Positions 57,560 to 64,000 of a DNA stretch of 64,000 bases are shown one piece after another (within the stretch, counting starts at the first letter, position 1; every line of letters starts with the position of its first letter). The translations under genes were made by a program, and so were the position numbers. This DNA comes from Opitutales bacterium (GTDB lineage: Bacteria; Verrucomicrobiota; Verrucomicrobiia; Opitutales; JBHJGM01), in assembly GCA_050331815.1 (NCBI GenBank), contig JBHJGM010000009.1, positions 11,187 to 75,186 of the forward strand, in the 5' to 3' direction. Under the pieces are notes generated by a model that was not told where the DNA came from, searched no databases, and saw nothing but the letters and a program-made list of their open reading frames with translations.

Positions 57560-59281
57560 TTAGACCGTCGCCGGCTCCGCGGCCTCGGCGGATTCCGCTT
57601 CGGGCGCGTAGTGCAGGCTTGGTCCCTCGCAAAAGGGAAGTTCCTTCCAGGCCGCGGCGTCAAGCAGCAAGCCTTCGTCGCTGATATCCTTGAACGAAAT
57701 CCCCTTGAGCGCCTCCACTGCGCCTGACAACTCGCGCCAGAGCTGCGCAATGGATGCCGTAGGCCCGGGCGACTCCTTTTTCAACAGCGCCGCCAGCCGG
57801 TCCAGCAGTACACCATCGGCAACCAGACCCGCCGGTCCCGGCACTGCCTGATCAAAGCGCTGCAGCCGGAACTGCTGGTTGATGAACGAGCCGCGCTTTT
57901 CGAAAACCGTCAGGCTTGGCAGCACCACCCGGGCCGCCTCGCTGGTCGCGTTGGCCTGCGTGCCGATGTAAATGATGTTAGCTTTCTTGAGCTTTTCCTT
58001 AGGGAAGCCGGCGGTGGTCAGGTCCTGATTGACGACGACCACGGTCTGCACTTCGCCCTGCTCCACTTGCTCGCGCAGGGTCGAGAGCTCAGCCACGGGC
58101 AACTCACGCGAAAGCCCGGTGACGAGCGCCCCACGCACATTTGGCGTGCGATCCTTGGAAATAAGCAGGCTATCGCCTTCGCCGGTTTGCCCGATCAGGT
58201 GCACCCCGCCCGGCTCTACCTCAATGACTTTACGCAAGAGATACTGCTCCTCGACACTCATGTGCCCGTTTGCCACATAGGCGATACCGGTCACGCTCAA
58301 AAGCTCAACCGCCCGTGCCAGCGCTTCTTCGGCGTCTGACTTATGCCCGTCCGCCCGGAATTGCGTGAGGCGGTTCTCGGACTCAACCTGCTTGTAGAGC
58401 ATGCGGCCCGAATCGCTCATCCAGGTGTCGTTGACGGCGTCGTTGCGGCGCGGGGTGATGCGGTAGACCTTTCCCTCGCGGCTCCACACTTCGGTGTTCA
58501 CCCCAACCGAGCTCTCCGTGCAGATGCCCTTGACCGGCTTCAAAAACCAGACGCGCATTTTGAAGCGGAAGTCCGTGCTGGTCAGCGCGCCGACCGGGCA
58601 GATGTCGACCGTGTTCAGCGAGTAATTCGAGTCGAGTTCGCGGCCTGGATGGCAGGTCAAGGTGGAATGGCTGCCGCGGTCGATGAAGCCCAGAATCGGA
58701 TCTTCGATGATCTCGTTGCAAAAGCGGATACAGCGCGAGCAGAGGATGCAGCGCTCGTCATCAAGGGTGACGCGCGGCCCGAGCCGGGTGCGCTTGGGCT
58801 TGACGTTCTTGTCTTCGACAAAGCGCGAGTAGCCCCGCCCGTAATCGGTCGCAAACTCCTGCAAGCGACACTCCCCGGCCTGGTCGCAAATCGGACAGTC
58901 CAGCGGGTGATTCACCAGCAAAAACTCCATCACGCCCTCCTGGCACTCCTTGACCATTTTCGACTGTGTCTTCAGGTGCAGGTTGGGCGATACCTTGGAG
59001 TTGCAGGCGATGGCCGGCTTCGGCATCCAGCCGATCTTCTGCTTGCCGGTGGCCTCGTCGATAATCGGCTCCTTAGTCGCGCGGTCGGCCATGGGCATGC
59101 CCATTTCCACCAGACACATTCGACAGTTACCGGCCACGCTCAGCTTTGGGTGGTAGCAATAATGCGGGATCTCGATGCCGATTTGTTCCAGCGCGTCGAT
59201 GCAATTGAGCCCGGCGGGCACTTCGTATTCCTTGCCGTCGACGTTGATGGTCACCAGCTGCGGTTTTTCGTCTGCAATCAT
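57560..59281 (-). CDS. nuoG: NADH-quinone oxidoreductase subunit G (short form, 573 aa)
   Basis: N-terminal 2Fe-2S and 4Fe-4S motifs: INVDGKEYEVPAG..HYCYHPKLSVAGNCRMCLVE..HPLDCPICDQAGEC..CILCSRCIRFC. Confidence 0.9.
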   Translation of the reverse strand: MIADEKPQLVTINVDGKEYEVPAGLNCIDALEQIGIEIPHYCYHPKLSVAGNCRMCLVEMGMPMADRATKEPIIDEATGKQKIGWMPKPAIACNSKVSPNLHLKTQSKMVKECQEGVMEFLLVNHPLDCPICDQAGECRLQEFATDYGRGYSRFVEDKNVKPKRTRLGPRVTLDDERCILCSRCIRFCNEIIEDPILGFIDRGSHSTLTCHPGRELDSNYSLNTVDICPVGALTSTDFRFKMRVWFLKPVKGICTESSVGVNTEVWSREGKVYRITPRRNDAVNDTWMSDSGRMLYKQVESENRLTQFRADGHKSDAEEALARAVELLSVTGIAYVANGHMSVEEQYLLRKVIEVEPGGVHLIGQTGEGDSLLISKDRTPNVRGALVTGLSRELPVAELSTLREQVEQGEVQTVVVVNQDLTTAGFPKEKLKKANIIYIGTQANATSEAARVVLPSLTVFEKRGSFINQQFRLQRFDQAVPGPAGLVADGVLLDRLAALLKKESPGPTASIAQLWRELSGAVEALKGISFKDISDEGLLLDAAAWKELPFCEGPSLHYAPEAESAEAAEPATV

Positions 59282-59305
59282 TGTGAAAGAGAAACGTGGA
59301 AGAAT

Positions 59306-59539
59306 TTAAATCGCACGAGCGTGCAACACTGCCTTGGAGTTTCGTGGCAAGAGTTGCATTGCTCTCAAAGTTAAAAACGCCTGGGTCTCACCGTCCAGGC
59401 GTACAAATTCAACTTCGTAAGCCTCAGGAACGTGATACACCGCTGCAATCGTGCCAAGATACCCTTTGCGCAAACCTGAGTGAGCGACCTCCTCGGCAAG
59501 CTGTACGCAATCTAACTCCTTGAATTTCATTTCAGTCAC
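59306..59539 (-). CDS. DUF4926-like small protein
   Basis: 77 aa. FKELDCVQLAEEV..GLRKGYLGTIAAVY..EAYEVEFVRLDGETQAFLTL matches my recollection of the DUF4926 pattern (D.V.L...GL..G..GTIV....YEVEF.d..G.T). Lies in a low-GC insert between nuoG and nuoF. Confidence 0.65.
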   Translation of the reverse strand: MTEMKFKELDCVQLAEEVAHSGLRKGYLGTIAAVYHVPEAYEVEFVRLDGETQAFLTLRAMQLLPRNSKAVLHARAI

Positions 59540-59563
59540 GACTTTTAGGAAGCGGGAAGCAGG

Positions 59564-59861
59564 TCACAAAACTAAAGTAATCTGTTTCATAGGGCAGCAG
59601 CCAGGCTGTTCTGACGAGCGACCAGATGCCGGCATTGCTCTCAAAATGCTATCAACGTGAACTAGATACCCATATTGACATTCTTTTGAGAGGACTGGAA
59701 CGCATGAACTGGCCTGTTGAAGCAGTGCAGCATGTAACTTGTCAGGATGATTTCTGGAAAATCCGACAGATTCGAAAAACTCACATTTTGAGCTACCGAC
59801 AGGATGCGCAGCGTTGAGCAAGTAATCTTGGATTTTTTCCTCGCGAATACTCAGCCTGCAT
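59564..59861 (-). pseudogene. DUF6883-like gene, apparently frameshifted at an A6 run (or using TTG at 59821)
   Basis: Domain frame reads ..EEKIQDYLLNAAHPVGSSKCEFFESVGF.. (DYLL..HP.G..K..FF..GF pattern) and is open up to a TAG at 59894-59896 with no ATG/GTG. The only ATG (59861) is offset by one frame. Deleting one A of the A6 run (plus-strand T6 at 59833-59838) would give MQAEYSRGKIQDYLLNAAHP... Confidence 0.5.
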
Positions 59862-59908
59862 ATGTTCCAAGATTCCTCCCAGGATTTGGATATCTAACTG
59901 CAAAAAAA

Positions 59909-61300
59909 CTAAACCAGCGACCACGGTGCTTTGGAGCCATTGCCATTACCGGAACCGTTTCCGTTCGCATGTCCGTTGCTGTTTGTAGCGTGCGCTGCCT
60001 TGGCCACAAATTCGTCGCGGAACTTTTTGACGAAGCTCTCCGTGGGCCAGGCACAGGCTTCACCGTGGGCGCAAATCGTCCGCCCGGATATTTGTTGCGA
60101 AATCGAAAAGAGCAGATCGGCGTCTTCTTCTCCCCGCGCACCGCCATGGGCCATGCGGTCGGTCACCTTTTTCATCCAGAGCGAACCTTCGCGGCAGGGC
60201 GTGCACTGACCGCAACTTTCGTGGGCGTAGAAGGCGTTGATGTTGGCCAGTACTTCCACGATGTCCGCCGAGTCGTCCATTACCGTGACCGCGCCAGAAC
60301 CTGACATCGAGCCGCAAGCCATCAGCGAGTCGAAGTCCATCGGGATGTCTTCAAGCGCCCAATTAAATTCCTGTCCGCCCTTGAGCTTGCCCTGAAAGCG
60401 CTCGCCCGCCTTCAGCACCTTGGCCGAAGACCCCCCCGGAATCACCGCCTTGAGCGAACGGCCTGGACGCAAGCCCCCGGCCACCTCGTTGATCAACTGC
60501 CCCAAGGTGACTTCGCCACAGGCAAACTCGTAGTAGCCGGGTTTTTGCACATGCCCGCTCACGCTCCAAATACGGGTGCCGGTATTGCCGGGCGTGCCGA
60601 TTTTGGAAAATGCTTCACCGCCCATCTCGATAACGTGCTTCACGTGGCAGAGCGTCTCGACGTTGTTCACAATGGTTGGACACATGTACAGGCCGAGCAC
60701 CGCCGGAAAGTACGGTGGTTTGATGCGCGGGTACGCACGCTTGCCTTCGAGCGATTCGATCAGGCCGGTTTCCTCGCCGCAGATGTAGGCGCCGGCTCCA
60801 CGGTGCACAATCAGATCGCAGGAGTAGCCGGAGCCGCAGATATTTTCGCCGACAAAACCTTTCTCACGAGCTTCCTCGATGGCACGTTCGAGGATGCGCG
60901 CACCTTCATACATTTCTCCGCGAATGTAGATAAACGCCAAGGCGGTCTTGGTCGCAAAAGCACTAATCATCATGCCTTCGATCAGCTGATGCGGATCTTT
61001 ATGCATGATCTGCCGATCTTTGAAAGTGCCGGGCTCGGACTCGTCGGCGTTGCAGATCAGGTAAATGGGCTTGCCGGACTTGCGGTCCAAAAATTTCCAC
61101 TTCATACCGGCCGGAAAGCCCGCGCCTCCGCGACCACGCACGCCCGATTTTTCGACCTCGCTGCAAAGGTCCTCGGGTTTTTGTTGCACGGCTTTCTTCA
61201 ATACCTCGTAGCCACCGTGCTGCATGTAACAGTCGATGTCATTGGTGTAACCGGGCGCGTCGGCGTGCTTCAGGATGATGCGTCGTTCTTGAATGGCCAT
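59909..61300 (-). CDS. nuoF: NADH-quinone oxidoreductase subunit F, with low-complexity Asn/Gly C-terminal tail
   Basis: 463 aa with GRGGAGFPAGMKW (FMN/NADH site) and ESCGQCTPCREG (4Fe-4S). The tail is ..HATNSNGHANGNGSGNGNGSKAPWSLV. Confidence 0.93.
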   Translation of the reverse strand: MAIQERRIILKHADAPGYTNDIDCYMQHGGYEVLKKAVQQKPEDLCSEVEKSGVRGRGGAGFPAGMKWKFLDRKSGKPIYLICNADESEPGTFKDRQIMHKDPHQLIEGMMISAFATKTALAFIYIRGEMYEGARILERAIEEAREKGFVGENICGSGYSCDLIVHRGAGAYICGEETGLIESLEGKRAYPRIKPPYFPAVLGLYMCPTIVNNVETLCHVKHVIEMGGEAFSKIGTPGNTGTRIWSVSGHVQKPGYYEFACGEVTLGQLINEVAGGLRPGRSLKAVIPGGSSAKVLKAGERFQGKLKGGQEFNWALEDIPMDFDSLMACGSMSGSGAVTVMDDSADIVEVLANINAFYAHESCGQCTPCREGSLWMKKVTDRMAHGGARGEEDADLLFSISQQISGRTICAHGEACAWPTESFVKKFRDEFVAKAAHATNSNGHANGNGSGNGNGSKAPWSLV

Positions 61301-61320
61301 GGAAAGAATAGGTTGAACGT

Positions 61321-61836
61321 TTACTCCGCGGAGGCAGCGGCAGCAGTGGTGGGAAGACCGGCTTCCTCGCGTAGCTTCTGGGCAAAAGCTTCCGCCGTAT
61401 CGGGCGTGACTATTGCGTAATCGGTTTCATCGACCTGTACGGCCGGAGCGATGTGGCAGTTGGCGAGACACTCAACGAACTCGATTTGAAATTCGCCGTC
61501 CGCGCTGCGCTCGGTTTCGGCGTCGATGCCGAGCTCCTTTTCCAGAATTTCGCGAGTTTTGTAGCACCCGGCCAGAGCACAGCTCAACGTGCGGCAAACC
61601 CGGATTTGACGTTTGGCCGGCGGCTCTCGCAAAAACATCGGGTAAAAAGTGACAACCTCGTAGACCTGGATTGGCTCAATCTCGAGCCTTTCGGCGATCC
61701 AGGGATGACTTTCGTCCGCAACGTAGCCTTTTTCTTCCTGAATGGCGTACAGCACCATCAAGAGTGCGCTGCGTTTTTGCGGGTAGCGCGCAATCAGCTT
61801 GTCGATGTAAGCGGTGGTTTTCTCGGAAAGTTCCAT
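61321..61836 (-). CDS. nuoE: NADH-quinone oxidoreductase subunit E ([2Fe-2S] thioredoxin-like)
   Basis: 171 aa with RVCRTLSCALAGC and VECLANCHIAPAVQVD motifs. Confidence 0.92.
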   Translation of the reverse strand: MELSEKTTAYIDKLIARYPQKRSALLMVLYAIQEEKGYVADESHPWIAERLEIEPIQVYEVVTFYPMFLREPPAKRQIRVCRTLSCALAGCYKTREILEKELGIDAETERSADGEFQIEFVECLANCHIAPAVQVDETDYAIVTPDTAEAFAQKLREEAGLPTTAAAASAE

Positions 61837-61858
61837 GCGGTAATTTTCTACCGCAGCG

Positions 61859-61884
61859 ATATTACCAGCTCAAGCGCAGGTCAA
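61859..61884 (-). promoter_or_regulatory. Weak candidate promoter upstream of nuoE
   Basis: On the minus strand TTGACC (61884-61879), a spacer of only 14 nt, then TAATAT (61864-61859), 22 nt before the nuoE ATG. The alternative TTGAGC-17-TAGAAA overlaps it. Pattern match only. Confidence 0.2.
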
Positions 61885-61976
61885 GCTATCCACCGGTGTT
61901 CATGCGTCTACGCACGAGGCCGAATCCGGCCCACGTCCATTTGCACGACTATAGGACATCAACGACGTTGGGCGTT

Positions 61977-62480
61977 CTATTCAGCGAGGAAACGCTGGCG
62001 CAACAACGCCCGACCCTCATCCGCGTCAAAGGGCTCAGCTTCGCTGTACATGGTGCGTTCCTGTACCTGAGCCTGTCGTGACTCCAGGTAGCGGGAGGTT
62101 AGCGAGCCCGAGGAGACGTGGCGGCTAGAGCCGTCGGCGGAGTTGGCCGAGTCGTAAGCTGCCTGAGAGCGCGCGATGGCTGTTTCGCCAGTGGTCCCGC
62201 GGTAGTAGCCAGGAAAATCGCGGTAGACCGGACGAAAGTAAGGGCGCACGTAAACCCTGCTGTAGCTGCGGAAGGGAAACCCATGCGAGCGGAAGTGGCC
62301 CACGTGTCCTCCGAAAAAAGGATGCCCGAAGCTGCTGCGTGCGTAACTGCGGTAGCCAAATCCATAACCCAAGCAACTGCCGGCCTGAGCTGCCAGCGGA
62401 GCCCCGGCGATCAGGGCGAACAAAACGACTAAACGGGCTTTCCTCAGCCCGCGCAAGAATTGGGTCAATGGAGCGCGCAT
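61977..62480 (-). CDS. Small secreted Gly/aromatic/Arg/His-rich protein (family member 1)
   Basis: 167 aa. Signal peptide ..LVVLFALIAGAPLAAQA|GS. Mature N-terminus CLGYGFGYRSYARSSFGHPFFGGHVGHFRSHGFPFRSYSRVYVRPYFRPVYRDFPGYYRG. Confidence 0.65.
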   Translation of the reverse strand: MRAPLTQFLRGLRKARLVVLFALIAGAPLAAQAGSCLGYGFGYRSYARSSFGHPFFGGHVGHFRSHGFPFRSYSRVYVRPYFRPVYRDFPGYYRGTTGETAIARSQAAYDSANSADGSSRHVSSGSLTSRYLESRQAQVQERTMYSEAEPFDADEGRALLRQRFLAE

Positions 62481-62503
62481 GGTAATAAGAGTGACGATGT
62501 AAA

Positions 62504-62532
62504 ATGATATTCCCGAAGCGCCTCGAATGCAA
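62504..62532 (-). promoter_or_regulatory. Candidate sigma70-type promoter for the 61977..62480 gene
   Basis: Minus strand: TTGCAT (62532-62527), 17-nt spacer, TATCAT (62509-62504), 23 nt upstream of the ATG at 62480. Confidence 0.35.
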
Positions 62533-62586
62533 GCGGGCAGCCGGCTTCACAGCGACTGAGTTCGCTGCAGACCAACCAGCAAGGAC

Positions 62587-62624
62587 GCAAAAAGGCCAGA
62601 GACGTCACCTCCACGTCTCTGGCC
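62587..62624 (-). terminator. Intrinsic terminator after the 62789..63268 gene
   Basis: Perfect 12-bp stem (ggccagagacgt 62594-62605 / acgtctctggcc 62613-62624) with a 7-nt loop. On the minus strand it is followed by TTTTTGCG (A-run 62589-62593 on plus). Confidence 0.6.
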
Positions 62625-62788
62625 CGGATGTCGGTCTGTTCATTCCGCAGACGCGAACAAGTTTTACAGACTTTCAAACCAACTAAACGAAATCCGCTGC
62701 GGTGATGTTGGTTCGCAGGCCAGCCTGTACGGGCACCCGCAGGTGCCCGCGAGGCATTTGAGCCGTTCGACCTGACAAGACCGGTCAA

Positions 62789-63268
62789 TCAATAGCGTTT
62801 GCGCAACAGCTTCTTTTTCAAAACGAAGCCGCGCTTGTGTCCAAAATGCGTGCGATGGTGCTTCTTCACCACCCCGGTGCCGAGGTAGGCATGGGGATGC
62901 TTTTTTACGATGACCTTCTTCTGCACCCCATGCGTCTGGGCATGGTAGGCCGGGGTCTTGTGCTTGAGCACCGGCTTGGGATGGTGCACCGCGCCGTGTT
63001 TGTAGCCCGGATGCTTGAAGACAAAGCTCTTGCTGAAGGCACCCGGATGCACGTACTGCGGGCTGCGGTTATACACGCGGTGCCCCAAAGCGGGCTTGCC
63101 AATGACCCCACGATTAAAATTGGAGTGGCCAAAGCTGTGCCCGAAGCTGCGGTGGCCAAAATTTGCCTGAGCGGTCAAAGTGGTGCCCAGCAAAAGACTG
63201 GCAGCCACGAGTAATTTGAAGAGAAAACTGCGAGGCAGCCCCCTGTCGGTTCGAAGGTTCTTAATCAT
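62789..63268 (-). CDS. Small secreted His/Lys-rich basic protein (family member 2)
   Basis: Signal ..FLFKLLVAASLLLGTTLTAQA|NFGH. Mature part has about 18 His (NFGHRSFGHSFGHSNF..KHPGYKHGAVHHPKPVLKHK..KKHHRTHFGHKRG) and ends ..LLRKRY. ATG at 63268 is preferred over the TTG at 63286. Confidence 0.7.
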   Translation of the reverse strand: MIKNLRTDRGLPRSFLFKLLVAASLLLGTTLTAQANFGHRSFGHSFGHSNFNRGVIGKPALGHRVYNRSPQYVHPGAFSKSFVFKHPGYKHGAVHHPKPVLKHKTPAYHAQTHGVQKKVIVKKHPHAYLGTGVVKKHHRTHFGHKRGFVLKKKLLRKRY

Positions 63269-63445
63269 GCCGGTGCGACCCTTCAAACGGTTGTTTTATT
63301 CCGACTGGTCCCGAATTCCACAAAGAAGCTGGGATGAGGTTCGCTTATTTTACGTGGGATAATCCGGCAATCAGGATGCACCCCGGGCACCTCCGAAAGG
63401 CACCTGTGCCGGGCGCGTTGAATTTGATCGCCGTTACTGTGATTT

Positions 63446-63522
63446 GAAGAAACCCGGGCGCCGCCAACAGGAGCAGGGTTGCTCGGGAGTTAGGGCATGG
63501 CGACGCCCGGGCGGATTTCTTC
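63446..63522 (-). terminator. Long stem-loop immediately after the 63543..63983 gene (possible terminator or RNA element)
   Basis: gaagaaa+cccgggcgccgcc (63446-63465) pairs with ggcgacgcccggg (63499-63511) and tttcttc (63516-63522). About 20 bp of pairing with one wobble and a loop of about 33 nt. T-rich 3' side on the minus strand. Confidence 0.35.
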
Positions 63523-63542
63523 ACATTAGTATCTCTACACGT

Positions 63543-63983
63543 TTAATAGCGCGGGAAAGTACGCTTGGTGACGCCAACCACCACGCGGGTATCCCCGTTA
63601 TTGTAGACCACGCGCCCGCCTACCTTGCCACGCGGCGGCAGCGGAGCCGCGCAGATATTGCCGGGCCCGTAGACGCGCCGCTGGACGTGCGCTCGGCGCG
63701 TTTGCGCGCAACCGCAATTGTAATGCTGGCGATGGAAACGGCGCTGCTGCCAGGCGTGATAGCGCTGACCGTAGCCGTAGGGTCGCCAGTGGTTGGCACG
63801 GTGGCGCGGGTAGTGGATGCGTTCCGTGACCACCTCCCGGTGGACGACTTTGCCCTTACCGTAAGGCCCACCTCCCCGGATCTCCTTGTGGTATGGATTG
63901 GCCTGAGCAGCCGCAGCTGCGGTTACAAGCAGGCTCGAAACTACAAGGAGCTTGAGCGCTGCGAGGGTTTTTGGGTTCCCCAC
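63543..63983 (-). CDS. Small secreted His/Arg/Tyr-rich protein (family member 3)
   Basis: 146 aa, GTG start. Signal ..LKLLVVSSLLVTAAAAAQA|NPYH. Mature part IHYPRHRANHWRPYGYGQRYHAWQQRRFHRQHYNCGC.. and ends ..TFPRY. Confidence 0.65.
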   Translation of the reverse strand: MGNPKTLAALKLLVVSSLLVTAAAAAQANPYHKEIRGGGPYGKGKVVHREVVTERIHYPRHRANHWRPYGYGQRYHAWQQRRFHRQHYNCGCAQTRRAHVQRRVYGPGNICAAPLPPRGKVGGRVVYNNGDTRVVVGVTKRTFPRY

Positions 63984-64000
63984 CCGATGTGTCAGGTTGT

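Noticed and set aside
1-64000. CRISPR arrays, rRNA operons, IS elements/transposases, prophage genes
   Set aside because: I scanned for regularly spaced direct repeats, 16S/23S-like conserved strings, DDE/serine/tyrosine recombinase motifs and terminal inverted repeats. None was found.

Overview
64 kb of high-GC (about 60%+ by eye) bacterial chromosome, densely coding, with the many long antisense shadow ORFs typical of GC-rich DNA. From gene content I would guess a Verrucomicrobiota/Opitutales-like organism, but that is low-confidence inference. There are no rRNA genes, CRISPR arrays, transposases or integrases. Most of the window is housekeeping. It carries sulfate activation (cysD partial, cysC), meaB plus a 5S-type carboxyltransferase, and lipid genes (gpsA, fabA, dgkA, a squalene/phytoene synthase). 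It also carries panB, lipA, glgA, an exosortase and the phoH/7TM-HD/ybeY block. Further along are tsaE-thiL-CPBP-pyrC-pyrB-pyrR, thyA-folA-yjbQ, one tRNA-Leu(GAG), and a complex I block nuoE-F-G-H-I-J-K-L-M-N with no nuoA-D in view. Items worth a second look: (1) a roughly 47% GC, 627 bp cassette with two small ORFs (DUF4926-like plus DUF6883-like, a suspected toxin-antitoxin-like pair) sits exactly between nuoF and nuoG, and the second ORF is broken at an A6 run. (2) Three consecutive, separately terminated genes just upstream of nuoE encode small secreted His/Arg/Lys/Gly/aromatic-rich proteins. (3) A DinG/XPD-type Fe-S helicase carries an N-terminal RecB/Cas4-like PD-(D/E)XK nuclease domain. 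(4) A SET-domain methyltransferase with a 44% Lys/Arg tail sits in one co-directional array with a tightly coupled MGDG-synthase-like GT, an SCP2-like protein and a class III aminotransferase. (5) An 805 aa protein has an RGG-rich N-terminus and an Ala/Pro/Glu-rich tail. (6) A decayed vapBC locus has a frameshifted PIN toxin that keeps all four catalytic acidic residues. (7) A family of C/A-rich, G-poor intergenic repeats shares exact 9-13-mers at three sites. All functional calls come from motif recognition by eye; no database searches were run.
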